Shown piece by piece: positions 23,579 through 35,531 of a stretch of 64,000 nt of DNA. The stretch is from an uncultured Alphaproteobacteria bacterium (GTDB taxonomy: Bacteria; Pseudomonadota; Alphaproteobacteria; Rhizobiales; Beijerinckiaceae). Made by a program: the position numbers and the translations under genes. Below the pieces are notes generated by a model, which did no database searches, was not told where the DNA came from, and was given only the letters and a program-made list of their open reading frames with translations. The stretch is from positions 170,953-234,952 of the forward strand of contig CAVSRA010000004.1 in assembly GCA_963730245.1 (NCBI GenBank). The letters run 5' to 3'. Every line of letters starts with the position of its first letter. Within the stretch, counting starts at the first letter, position 1.

Positions 23579-24940
23579 ATGGGGGATAAATTGGACGGGG
23601 ACGTCATCTTTGAGCCTCTCAAGTGGCGCAATATCGGAATTAAGAATTGAATTTTCCGCTCTAGCATCAGCGGCCGTTGGGACAACGAAGACGGCAGCCT
23701 GACCCAGGTGCGGGTGAATTGGGAAAGCCAATTCGCCAAGGGCGGCGTAGGCGCCATCATCTCCTCCTTCGTACCCGTCCTGATGGCGGGGCGAATCCTC
23801 CCAAATTACGGGACGATCCATCGCGACGACTTCATCCCATTATGGGCTACGGTCGGAGAGGCGGTCCATAAGTTCGGTTGCAAATTTATAATGCAGCTAA
23901 GCCATTCTGGCCGACAGTTGGATATGCCTGGCATATCGAACCAGCATCGAATTTCCCGCAGCTCCACCAGCCGCACGGAGTCCCTGAATGGAATTTTGAC
24001 GCAGGCGATGACCCAAGCGGAAATCGATCACGCAGTCAAGGCTTTTGCCGACGGGGCTTGGCGGGCGCGAGAAGCGGGGCTTGACGGTGTCGAGCTCCAC
24101 GCTTCCCATGGCTATTTGATCACCCAATTTCTGAGTTCGGGAATCAATGACCGCAAGGATGGCTACGGTGGCGAGCTACGTAATCGAGCGCGGTTCCTGC
24201 TCGAAATCATCGGAGCGATCCGTGATCGCGTAGGTCGGGACTATCACCTTCAGGTCAAACTCAACGCTATCGACTACAATAATGTCATCCCTTGGGAGAA
24301 GAAGGGGAACACTCTGGATGAGGGATTGCAGCTATCGCGGTGGGTCGAGGAGGCGGGGGCTGACGCGCTCCATATCTCGGAGGGCAGTTTATTCCCGCAC
24401 CCTCTAATACCGCCTGGAGACTTCGACTTCGATACGATCGAGAAAACCTACGATGCGATGCTGTCCTCTGGCATTTACACATTCAGGAATTATTTGTCGT
24501 TCCGCTACCGAATCCTGCGGCCGATCTTCCGCTGGGTGTGGTTCCGGATGAAAAAAGGGCATCTGGTCGAAGGCGTCGGCCTCGAATATGCGCGCGCCGT
24601 AAAGAAGATCGTGTCAATCCCGGTGATCAACACCGGCGGTTATCAAAACGCGGCTTTTATTCGCAAGGCTCTCTCAGAGAGCGCCCCGGGTGCCAAAGAT
24701 GCCCTCGACGGTGTCTCAATTGCCCGCTCTTTGATCGCCAATCCCGACCTGCCACAGCAATGGCAAGCGGGACGCGATCTGCCGCTCATTCCTTGTACCT
24801 ATTGCAACAAATGCCTGCTAAATGCGCCGAAGAATCCACTCGGTTGCTATGAGCTTTCCCGCTATGGCGGAGACTATGACAAAATGCTGGAGCAGATACT
24901 TTCCATTTATAAGGTGCGGCCAGATCTGGTCGTTCCGTAA
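23579..24940 (+). pseudogene. NADH:flavin oxidoreductase (OYE-like) with C-terminal Cys cluster; in-frame TGA at 23648
   Basis: QLSHSGRQ, AGLDGVELHASHGYLITQFLS, NDRKDGYGG, ARSLIANPDL, CTYCNKC. Confidence 0.85.
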
Positions 24941-25033
24941 GCCCGTATCCGCCAGATGACTCATAAATCGATAGGGGCCGCCCGTCGATTTGGCTATTGT
25001 AATCAATATCTTATCTAAGCTGAGGTTCTAACT

Positions 25034-25110
25034 ATGGCGCACCAGGGTGAAACAAATGATAAGGTTGTCAGGCTCGATTTCGACCAGCGCCAGATGCTCC
25101 AGTTTGCGCT
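25034..25110 (+). mobile_element. Old IS1380 5'-end scar
   Basis: Translates MAHQGETNDKVVRLDFDQRQMLQF, similar to MANPAGESYDGALRLDFDRRLLLHF. Confidence 0.55.
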
Positions 25111-25184
25111 TGGGTGGTGACCGCGAATGCTGGAATTATAAATCAATGGCTTAGCAAATTGTAGAAAATCAAGAAGGTGTTAAA

Positions 25185-25445
25185 ATGAAAACGTCGGGTA
25201 GCAGCGGCTCCGAGGCAGGGGTTGGGAATACATTGGGTGAATGGATTGGCGCTGCCCTTGCGGTTATCATATCGTTGATTCTTTTAGTGGGCAGCATGAC
25301 GCTGATAGATATGCTTGCGCTAGGCCCGATAGGCGCGTTTTGGTTTGGAGTGTTCGTCACTATCCTCATTATCGGCTTTGTCGCGTGGACAGCTTTCTTT
25401 TTGCTTTTCGTAGCCCACTTCGCGACTTTATCGAGATTTATGTGA
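25185..25445 (+). CDS. Small membrane protein
   Basis: 86 aa with two hydrophobic segments. Confidence 0.55.
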   Translation: MKTSGSSGSEAGVGNTLGEWIGAALAVIISLILLVGSMTLIDMLALGPIGAFWFGVFVTILIIGFVAWTAFFLLFVAHFATLSRFM

Positions 25446-25486
25446 TCTAAGAATAAAATCGCATGGCGGTGAACCAGGGAGGGGCC

Positions 25487-27085
25487 ATGGAAAAGCAAAA
25501 AGGCGGATGGACGCGGGTCATCGTTGTCATTCTGGCTGTCGTGATCGGGATTCCAGGAGTTGTCACGCTTGCGCTCGGAGGCATCTTGGCGCAGCGCTAC
25601 CTGTGTCCGGCGCCGCCTCCTCCATATTCGAACATTGTCGAGTCGGTGTCGGCGCCGGTGTGCCGCTACCTGGGCCCGGCGCCAACGCCAGAATATTCGG
25701 ACATCGTCGAACATTTCAAATATGGCTCGATCGGCAGCGAGGTGAGCGGCCTTCCCTATGCGGTGTGGAAAGCGCTGCCCGATCTGTTTCCGGAAAAATT
25801 CAACGGCAAGGATTTGAGCGTCTTCGGGTTTCTTTATGAGACAGACGCCAATGGAAACAAGCGGGATCTTCCGATCGGCCTCAGCCGGCGGACGATCCAG
25901 GGGGTCGAAAGGGCATGGTTTAATTGCGCACTCTGCCATACCGGAACCGCGCGGAAAACAGCGGACGGCTCCCAGCAGATCGTCCCGGCAATGCCCTCCA
26001 ACAATCTCGATTTGCACGCCTTCACCGCTTTCGTTGTCGACATAGCGGATAGTCCGCAGCTCAGCCCCGACAAGTTGATTCCGGCCATGAAGAAGGCAGG
26101 GGCGAACATCGATTGGCTCGACGAGCAGGTCTGGCGCTATGTCGCAATCCCCCGGCTGCGCGAGGCGCTCATCGAGACACGCGCCAGTCTTGGCCCGCTC
26201 CTGGCATATCAGCCGGCTTGGGGACCAGGGCGTGTCGATACCTTCAACCCCTACAAGGTCGTACAGTTTCATCAGCAGTTTTCCGATCTAACCGACGCCG
26301 AAAAGATTGGCGTGGCCGATTTCCCCTCTATCTTCAACCAGGGGCCGCGCGGCCAGCAGATGATGGAGCTTCATTGGGACGGCAATAACCCATCCCTGCA
26401 AGAGCGCAACCTTAGCGCCGCGCTTGGCGCTGGAGTCACCGAGCAATCCGTCGATCATGCCTCGATCGAACGGGTTGCTGATTGGCTCCAGAACCTGCAT
26501 CCGCCGGTAAGCCCTTATCGTCCCGATCAGAAGCAAGTTGAGGCAGGACGCCAGATTTACATGACGCATTGCGCAGCCTGTCACGGTTCCCAGGGACCTG
26601 ACGGCTATGTGTTCGAAGGATCTGCTCTCGGCAAAGTCGAGCCAAATGCCACGCTTGGCGCCGATAAATCGCGGCTCGATAGTTACACTGAGAAGCTTCT
26701 CGATTATCAATTGAAACTTTTTAAGGATGTTGACGGGGGCAAGTACCGGTTCCGCTATTTCAAAAAGACCGACGGCTACGCCAATCTGCCCCTCGACGGG
26801 TTGTGGCTGCGGGCACCTTATCTTCACAACGGCTCAGTCCCGACGCTCGCCGATCTACTGTCGCCCGCCGATCAGCGGCCGAAATCGTTTGTGCGTGGCC
26901 TGGACGTGCTCGATTCAGAGAAAGGCGGATTCGAGGCACCTCCCTGCACGCCGGGGGAGAAGGCCGCGAAGGGCTTTTGTTTCGACACCAGTGTGCGCGG
27001 CAATTGGAATGGCGGGCATGATTACGGCGTCGAACTTCCCGCAACCGATAAAGCAGCGCTCTTGGCCTATCTTCTGACGTTCTGA
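25487..27085 (+). CDS. Membrane-anchored RoxA-like diheme cytochrome c (intact)
   Basis: N-terminal TM; CALCH at 25925, CAACH at 26570; WGPGRVDTFN, LHWDGNN, MauG-like WLRAPYLHNGSVPTL, NGGHDYG; GGAGG RBS. Confidence 0.85.
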   Translation: MEKQKGGWTRVIVVILAVVIGIPGVVTLALGGILAQRYLCPAPPPPYSNIVESVSAPVCRYLGPAPTPEYSDIVEHFKYGSIGSEVSGLPYAVWKALPDLFPEKFNGKDLSVFGFLYETDANGNKRDLPIGLSRRTIQGVERAWFNCALCHTGTARKTADGSQQIVPAMPSNNLDLHAFTAFVVDIADSPQLSPDKLIPAMKKAGANIDWLDEQVWRYVAIPRLREALIETRASLGPLLAYQPAWGPGRVDTFNPYKVVQFHQQFSDLTDAEKIGVADFPSIFNQGPRGQQMMELHWDGNNPSLQERNLSAALGAGVTEQSVDHASIERVADWLQNLHPPVSPYRPDQKQVEAGRQIYMTHCAACHGSQGPDGYVFEGSALGKVEPNATLGADKSRLDSYTEKLLDYQLKLFKDVDGGKYRFRYFKKTDGYANLPLDGLWLRAPYLHNGSVPTLADLLSPADQRPKSFVRGLDVLDSEKGGFEAPPCTPGEKAAKGFCFDTSVRGNWNGGHDYGVELPATDKAALLAYLLTF

Positions 27086-27128
27086 CGCGGCGGAGACTAG
27101 GTTAGTGTTCATCAGGAGGAATGCGGTG

Positions 27129-27518
27129 ATGAGCGACAATGGCTATCTCCTTTGGTTTCGGCGGGTGATGTGGCTCGGTATCGTTTCGAATGTCATCGTC
27201 GCCGTTGTGAGTATCACACAGACCCCGATGGTTCTGGAGTTTCTGAAGCTGCCCCCTGCCGAACCTTTGGTCTGGCCGCGTTTCGCGTCGTTTTTACTGA
27301 TCCTGCTTTCGGGCTTTTACGTCCCTGCGGCGCTCGATCCATCGCGCAACATCTTCGCCGCGATCTTCGCCGTCGTCTGCCGGTTCGGCGGCGTCACCTT
27401 TTTCTCCATCATCGGAGGCCGCTACATCGCTTTCGGGCTGTTCGATTTCATTTTTGGATTGCCCGAGGCAATTCTATTGGGGCTTGCCTTCGCATCATCT
27501 CACAAGTCGCGAAAATAG
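27129..27518 (+). CDS. Four-TM membrane protein
   Basis: Hydrophobic ORF between the two RoxA-like genes; AGGAGG RBS. Confidence 0.75.
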   Translation: MSDNGYLLWFRRVMWLGIVSNVIVAVVSITQTPMVLEFLKLPPAEPLVWPRFASFLLILLSGFYVPAALDPSRNIFAAIFAVVCRFGGVTFFSIIGGRYIAFGLFDFIFGLPEAILLGLAFASSHKSRK

Positions 27519-27528
27519 GAAGCCGGCA

Positions 27529-30292
27529 ATGAAAAAGGCGCTCGTATGGTTCGGCGTGCTGGGATTTGTTCTGCTCGCCGCCGGCGGCATCGGCTGGATT
27601 GTGTACGACAAGCTGTTTCGCAAGGAATTTCCCGTTTTCGCGTCCGACAGCGATCATTTCAAATATGGGTCGATTGGGAACGATGGCGTAAACTGGCATT
27701 CCCCAGATAACCGGGAATGTGCCAAGCGCGTATCATTGATCTCCTGCCGTGACATCGGACATTCGTCCTATACCGGCATTATTTTCCGGATCGCCCGCTT
27801 ATTGAGGTTGAGATTGCCGCGCTGCGGCGCTGCTGTGGTGCTCCGGCACACCAAAACCAGTGACATGGGCGGATCGCACACCGGACAATACAGAGTCGGT
27901 TGTGATCAAGACGCACTTCTCCCTTAGTTTTTGCTCGACGCATGACGACCGAACACTTCACGCAGGCGCTGGATTGGGCGGCGGCCGCAGGTCGGCGATC
28001 ATTCGTAGGATGTCCGCGAAGAGATTTTTCGGAATGGCGACTTCGGCCATCTGAAACGCGACATAGCGGCCATGGCTCACGATCTTCGCGCCGATCTTGA
28101 TCAGCTTTTCCTTCAGGCTCGTCAGTGACCAATCCTTTATCGGTTCGGGCGTCGCCAGCGTGCGCAGAAAATTACCGAGATTGTAGGCCAGCGCATGAAG
28201 CTGGAGACGGACGGCGTTAGCAGCGAACGACCGACATGATAGCCGGGTCCACTTGATTGCGCCTTTTCCTTCCTTGATCCATTGCTCACACGTGCCGCGC
28301 TTGTTGTAGAAGGCGACGACATTCTCGGCGGAGCGCGCCATGTTCGTCACGATGAAGCCGACGCGCGGATAAAGCTCGCCCGGATGCCATTCGACCTTGG
28401 CGATCACCCGACGCGGCTGCGACCAGCTTCCCGCTTGATAGGTGAAACTTGCATGGGATCGGCAGACGTCATTGGACGGGCGACCAACCGGGCGTTTGAG
28501 CAGATAGCCGATCCTCTCTTGCAAGATGTGATTGGCGGGCAGACGGATCGCATATTTGATCCGTTCTGCCTCCAGATATTCGTAAACTTCGGGGTTTGCG
28601 AAGCCGGCGTCGGCGCGGAAATAAATGCGTGAGACCTTGCCTTGATACCGCGCCACGACCGGCTTCAGCACCGCCTCCCATCCATCGGCGCTGTGAACAT
28701 TGCCGGGGCGCAGGGCGCAGCGTTCCAAATCGCCATATTGGTTGAAAACGAACAGCGGATGATAGCAGGTGCAGTCATAGTGACCGTTCCAGACACTGTG
28801 TTCCTGTTCGCCATGCGTCGGGCTCACGCTCGAATCCATGTCGAGCAAGATACCTCTCGGCGGACGGCGACCATGAACGCTGTCGATCCATTTGCCGGAG
28901 AGATCAGCGAGCGCCGAAAGGTTCTTTTCCGCCGTGAGCCAGCGCGTCTCAAAGCGGCCCATCTGGCTCGGCGAAGCCGCTGCATCCGAGGCCGCCTTTC
29001 CGCCGACTATCCACCGCATCGCGGGATCATGGCGCAGGCGTTGAGCGTCGTTCACGTCTTCATATCCGGCAAGTCGCCCAAATATGGATTGCCGCAACAT
29101 CCCGACGAGTGCATGCCGGCCATTCTTGCCAGTGCGTGCGTCGGAGAGCGCATCACCCGCCATCGCGCTGAGGCACAGCGCGTCGTCCAGTTCCCGGTAT
29201 GCGAGCAAGCCTGCGTCGGAGGTAACCACCGATCCGCGAAAGTGAAGCAACAATCGGCGGTCGAAATCGAGCCTGAGAGCGCCATCATACGATTCACCCG
29301 CCGGGTTCGCCATGACGGCCTCATTCGATCCGAAATAACATGCTGATTATGTTAGCTGAATCGCGGCATCGACGCTGCAAATTATTGCCTCATCCGGCGT
29401 ATGCGGGGTAAATGGCTTGCCCTATCTGGTCTGGCGGGCGCTGCCCAAAATTTGTCCGGATCTTCTTCCAGGTGCAGGCGGCTACGCTTCGCTTGGCTTC
29501 TTCTGGGAAGCCGGCCATAGCCGAGACGACGCGCCCGTCGGCATCTCGCGCGCCCGTGTCGGGTTCGAGCGCGCCGCCATCAACTGCGCCTTCTGCCATC
29601 ACACCGTGACGCGCACCAACGCGAGCTCTCCTTCCGTCGTTTATCCGGCGGGTCCCTCGAACATAATTGACGTGCAGGGCTATCAGCGGTTTCTCTCGAA
29701 TTGTGCGGCCGACCGGCGCTTCGCGCCCGATGTCCTGCTTCCCGCGATCGAAAAGAGCGCGTCGCTGTCTCTTGTCGATCGCCTGCTTTACCGGTTCTTG
29801 ATTATTCCGCAGACGCAGAAAGCGCTTCTCAAGCAAAAGACTCAATTGGCGTGGACCGAGAAGCGGCCGAACTGGGGAGCCGGCCGGATCGATCCGTTCA
29901 ATCCAGTCAAATTCGGAATGCTGCACCTTGCTGACGATGGCACAATCGGCAATTCAGATATGCAGGCGGTTTGGGGCCTCGACGCCCGCGACGCGATCCC
30001 GCCAAATGCGCCTTTGCATTGGGATGGGCTGAACACATCCATTCACGAGGTTGTCGTCAGTTCGGCCCTGGGCTATGGCGCGACTGGAAAGTCCTTCAAC
30101 TTTCCGTCGATCGCCCGCATGGAGCGGTACCTGCGGACCTTGCGACCTCCTGCCTCGCCCTATAAGCCGGATACCGTGCTAGTTGAACGAGGCGCTGCTA
30201 TGTCGCGGAGCCGCTCGACGGGATGTGGCTAACGGGGCCCTATCTTCATAACGGATCGGTGCCGACGATCGCCGATCTCCTCAAGCCCGCGA
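27529..30292 (+). pseudogene. Second RoxA-like cytochrome paralog, split by IS1380, second heme region deleted
   Basis: HFKYGSIGNDGVN|GLPYLVW rejoins across the IS; CAFCH at 29585; WGAGRIDPFN, LHWDGLN, WLTGPYLHNGSVPTI. Confidence 0.85.
27693..29407 (-). mobile_element. IS1380 copy 3 (complete)
   Basis: Transposase 27958..29313; TSD GTAAA. Confidence 0.95.
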
Positions 30293-31797
30293 CACAAACG
30301 ATGCTGGATCGAGCAGAAGAGCGCTTCGATCTGAAACCAAGGCGCCTTGCCGCGGACACGGCCTATGGGACGGGCAAGTTCCTCGGCTGGCTGGTCAAGG
30401 AGAAGAAAATTATCCCGCACATCCCGGTATGGGAAATGAGCGATCGGCAGGACGGCATCCTCTCCCGTTCGGACTTCCACTGGGACAGGAAGCGGAGCCT
30501 GACCTTATCGGTGAGCCAAGCATTCAGCTCGTCATAGGTCTTGAACTTCAATCGCGGCGTGAAGAAGCGCTCGCGAACAAGACCCACCTGGTTCTCGACC
30601 TGACCTTTCTCCCAGCCAGATGCAGGCGTGCAGGCGACGGGCTCCACCAAATGATGGGCGCACATTTGCAGGAGCCGCCGATTATATTGCCGGTCCTTGC
30701 CGACGAAGATCGTCTCCACCGCGGTCTTCATATTATCATAGATGCCACGTGTGCAGGCGCCTTTAAAAAAGGCGAAGGCCCGCTCGTGGGCGTCGAACAC
30801 CATTTCCTGCGTCTCGCGGGGATAGGCGCGGACAAACATCATGCGGCTGTGGCAGAGACGGACGTGCGCGACCTTCACGATCGTCGTCACGCCGTTCATC
30901 ACGACGATCTCGTGGCTCCAATCGAACTGGTAAGCTTCGCCCGGGGCAAACGTCAGCGGCACGTAAGCGTCCGCCATCTGGCTCGCGTGCTCCCGGCTCC
31001 AGGACCGGGCATAGCGGCGAACAGCGTCATAGCCGCCCTCATATCCCAGTGCCCGCAGCTCCTCAAAGAGCCGGATCAAAGTCAGACGTTCGCGTGCCGG
31101 ATTGCTGGTGTTCGCCGTAAGCATCCGGTCAAGCTCAGCTTTCCAACGACCCAACTTGGGGCGCGGCTGAATCTCCCGCTCATAAGAAAATGAAGTCTCA
31201 CCCGAGCGAAGAACCTTGCGCACCGTGTTGCGCGATATCTTCAAGCCGCGGGCGATCTCCTTGATCGACTTCCCTTTGATCAAATGTTCGCGCCGTATCC
31301 GGCCGATCGTCTCCACAATCAGCATCCCCCACCGCCCGCTTCAAACCAAAGCAGGCAGTCCAGCAGGCCAGAACCAAGGGGGTCAATTTTGGACGCCGAT
31401 CCCCCACCTCAGGGGGTCAAAGTTGCACGCCTAAACACATGAAGACAAAGGCGTTTGCCAAATCGCGAGACGAACGAAAGCGTGTTGAGATGCGCTTCGC
31501 GCACTTGAAGACACACCACGGCTTCGAGCGGATGCGGCTCAGGGGACTTTCCGGTGCACGCGACGAGTTTCATCTCGCTGCCATTGTCCAGAACCTTAAA
31601 ACGCTTGCGCTCCGGACCCTTGGGCCGTCATCAACCCGACGGCGCGCATCGTATGCGTGAGAAATCGTTCAGAATTGGATCAATCCAGTTCGCGTCAAAG
31701 TCGGCGCAAGTCGGATTGCTTCGGCAACCGCCAGCGCAGTTCAGTTGGAAGACCACAACGTTAGGCTAAGCAAAAAACCACATTTTTCGACAGCATC
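30293..31797 (+). mobile_element. IS1182-family remnant interrupted by an IS21 fragment
   Basis: RLAADTAYG...IPVWE (30300-30495) and ERKRVEMRFAHLK..RLRGLSGARDEFHL (31439..31660). Confidence 0.8.
30497..31437 (-). mobile_element. istA: IS21-family left end and truncated istA
   Basis: GEAYQFDWS, IYDNMKTAV, WEKGQVE; TG terminus at 31437 with repeated GGGTCAA motifs. Confidence 0.88.
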
Positions 31798-33284
31798 GTT
31801 TGCGGAATTTCGAAGCGACCGTCGAACTGCTGCTCTTTATTTCCAAGCCTCCGGCCTTGCGATTCTTTCCCCCTTCTGCGAGAAAGGCTGAGGCGGCGCG
31901 GGCGCGATGGTCCTAGCGGCCTCATCCGCCGGTGAGGCCGGTAACGATGGGCGAGTGGGATGACAGAGACCAAACGGGGCGACCATGTCTATGTCGATCA
32001 TGATAATCCGACTCTCTGGCAAGCGGGTTACCTGCCGAAACCCGTTTCCGAAGCTGAACATGCCGCGGTCATAGAGCGTCGCAACTTCCTCACGAAGAAT
32101 GTGGCGCGGGACCGAACCGGCTTTCATCGTACACTGGGCTCGCGATTTCAGGCGGCGGCATCCGGTCGGCCTCGTTCGGGCTCGGCGCTCTGCAGGCTCT
32201 GCATGCCGAATCCGGCATCGAGGGAATTGATTATCTTTTGACGGTGTCGGGAGGCGGTTACGTCGGCTGTTCGTTGACGGCGGCGACACAAATCTCGACG
32301 ACAGGGAAAAACTCAGAAGAAATCAAAAAACTGGCAGAGACGCAAACGGCGAAGGATAGATTTCCATTCACCAATCCCGAAAATTACGAGGATACCGATT
32401 CCGTTCGCCACATAAGGGATTATTCCAACTATCTCGCGCCGCATGGCGCCCTGGACGTGATCACGGCGCTTGGGATCATCGGCCGCGGTCTTGTCGCCAA
32501 CATCCTTATCGTCTTGCCAGTCTTGCTTTTATGCGTCTGGCTCACTTTGTTCAACCATCCGACCGTCGAGTCGTTGACCGAGCCGAACGTACTCGTCAAA
32601 CTTCTCCCCCGTGCCTGGCTTGGATTGACCAACTCAGATTCGTTTCAGGATCTCTGGGGACTTGATGGCTATTGGTTCACCATAATTCTTGGCGGGGTCA
32701 ACGTCATCTTTCTTGTTATCTGGGCTTTCGCAAAGTCGATTTACGTATCCCAATTTTGGCAAAATGAGATCAAATCGCGGAGGCAACTGGAATACGGCGC
32801 CGAGCTGCGCGGACCGTTCGTCAGTGTTTCGCGATGGCTTTTCTTCATCACGCTGACAAGCGCATGGTTCGAAACTCAGCCTTTCATCCTTCGCGCGATG
32901 GCCGCACCCGCTTCCGACGGGATGGGTGTATGCGCCAATTCGGTCTTTTCGAGCGAATGCCTTGGCGCGGTACTCCACGGCTGGTTCACGCGAATGACCT
33001 TGCTTGCACCGTTCGGGGCGGCTTTCGTTTTCCTTTCCAAATATCTCGGTGACATTATCGCGTTGACGAAGTCAGACACAAGATGGCGTGCTTGGATCAA
33101 GAAAATCTTGGCGATGGCGGCGTTAGGGTTCTCTGCTATCATCATTCCATCGTTCCTGTGGCTATTATATCTCAAGTTAACATATTACAGCATTTCAAAA
33201 AATACTCATTACGCAAATGCTCCGGACTGGCTACGACAAGTTGCGCATGTCATGTTGCGGTGGGTGCATTGGCTCCAATATTAT

Positions 33285-34999
33285 CCCGCATACGCCGGAT
33301 GAGGCAATAATTTGCAGCGTCGATGCCGCGATTCAGCTAACATAATCAGCATGTTATTTCGGATCGAATGAGGCCGTCATGGCGAACCCGGCGGGTAAAT
33401 CGTATGATGGCGCTCTCAGGCTCGATTTCGACCGCCGATTGTTGCTTCACTTTCGCGGATCGGTGGTTACCTCCGACGCAGGCTTGCTCGCATACCGGGA
33501 ACTGGACGACGCGCTGTGCCTCAGCGCGATGGCGGGTGATGCGCTCTCCGACGCACGCACTGGCAAGAATGGCCGGCATGCACTCGTCGGGATGTTGCGG
33601 CAATCCATATTTGGGCGACTTGCCGGATATGAAGACGTGAACGACGCTCAACGCCTGCGCCATGATCCCGCGATGCGGTGGATAGTCGGCGGAAAGGCGG
33701 CCTCGGATGCAGCGGCTTCGCCGAGCCAGATGGGCCGCTTTGAGACGCGCTGGCTCACGGCGGAAAAGAACCTTTCGGCGCTCGCTGATCTCTCCGGCAA
33801 ATGGATCGACAGCGTTCATGGTCGCCGTCCGCCGAGAGGTATCTTGCTCGACATGGATTCGAGCGTGAGCCCGACGCATGGCGAACAGGAACACAGTGTC
33901 TGGAACGGTCACTATGACTGCACCTGCTATCATCCGCTGTTCGTTTTCAACCAATATGGCGATTTGGAACGCTGCGCCCTGCGCCCCGGCAATGTTCACA
34001 GCGCCGATGGATGGGAGGCGGTGCTGAAGCCGGTCGTGGCGCGGTATCAAGGCAAGGTCTCACGCATTTATTTCCGCGCCGACGCCGGCTTCGCAAACCC
34101 CGAAGTTTACGAATATCTGGAGGCAGAACGGATCAAATATGCGATCCGTCTGCCCGCCAATCACATCTTGCAAGAGAGGATCGGCTATCTGCTCAAACGC
34201 CCGGTTGGTCGCCCGTCCAATGACGTCTGCCGATCCCATGCAAGTTTCACCTATCAAGCGGGAAGCTGGTCGCAGCCGCGCCGGGTGATCGCCAAGGTCG
34301 AATGGCATCCGGGCGAGCTTTATCCGCGCGTCGGCTTCATCGTGACGAACATGGCGCGCTCCGCCGAGAATGTCGTCGCCTTCTACAACAAGCGCGGCAC
34401 GTGTGAGCAATGGATCAAGGAAGGAAAAGGCGCAATCAAGTGGACCCGGCTATCATGTCGGTCGTTCGCTGCTAACGCCGTCCGTCTCCAGCTTCATGCG
34501 CTGGCCTACAATCTCGGTAATTTTCTGCGCACGCTGGCGACGCCCGAACCGATAAAGGATTGGTCACTGACGAGCCTGAAGGAAAAGCTGATCAAGATCG
34601 GCGCGAAGATCGTGAGCCATGGCCGCTATGTCGCGTTTCAGATGGCCGAAGTCGCCATTCCGAAAAATCTCTTCGCGGACATCCTACGAATGATCGCCGA
34701 CCTGCGGCCGCCGCTCAATCCAGCGCCTGCGTGAAGTGTTCGGTCGTCATGCGTCGAGCAAAAACTAAGGGAGAAGTGCGTCTTGATCACAACCAACTCT
34801 GTATTGTCCGGTGCGCGATCCGCCCATGTCACTGGTTTTGGTGTGCCGGAGCACCACAGCAGCGCCGCAGCGCGGCAATCTCAACCTCAATAAGCGGGCG
34901 ATCCGGAAAATAATGCCGGTATAGGACGAATGTCCGATGTCACGGCAGGAGATCAATGATACGCGCTTGGCACATTCCCGGTTATCTGGGGAATGCCAG
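33285..34999 (+). mobile_element. IS1380 copy 4 (complete)
   Basis: Transposase 33379..34734; TSD ATTAT. Confidence 0.95.
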
Positions 35000-35531
35000 A
35001 TTATGCTCCCAGCTGGCTAACGTGGCTGGTGCCATCGACTGCCGCAGGCCTCTATCTGTTTGCGTTCGCCGTCTCGGCGGCGTTGGCGCTGTGTATCAAT
35101 CTATCGTCTGTACCGAGATCGCCTCAGCAAGGCCTTTCTTTTTAATCCCTCCCAGCCGGCGCGACAAACCCGGTGATGATCTCGACGCATATGAACCCAA
35201 CTTGTACAGGATAGACACCAAACGTTGTCCCTATCCGATAATCAACGCCTCCTTGAATATTGAGCGTTCGCAATACGCCAATAAGAGGGGACGCAATGCC
35301 GACTTCTTTATCTTTACGCCAGAATATACTGGCAGTGACGCAACGGGCTATGTCGGAACCCAACAAATCGAAAAGGAAGAGACGGCACTCGACCTTGGCA
35401 CTGCAATGGCGATTTCGGCTGCTGCCGTTTCGTCCAACATGGGCTCGGTGACCGTTAAGCCGCTCGCCTTCACGCTTGCCCTTCTCAACATGCGCCTCGG
35501 CTATTGGCTACGTAATCCGAAATATATTAAA

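Noticed and set aside
25169-26272. 367-aa minus-strand ORF
   Set aside because: Shadow of the RoxA-like cytochrome gene; no recognisable motifs.
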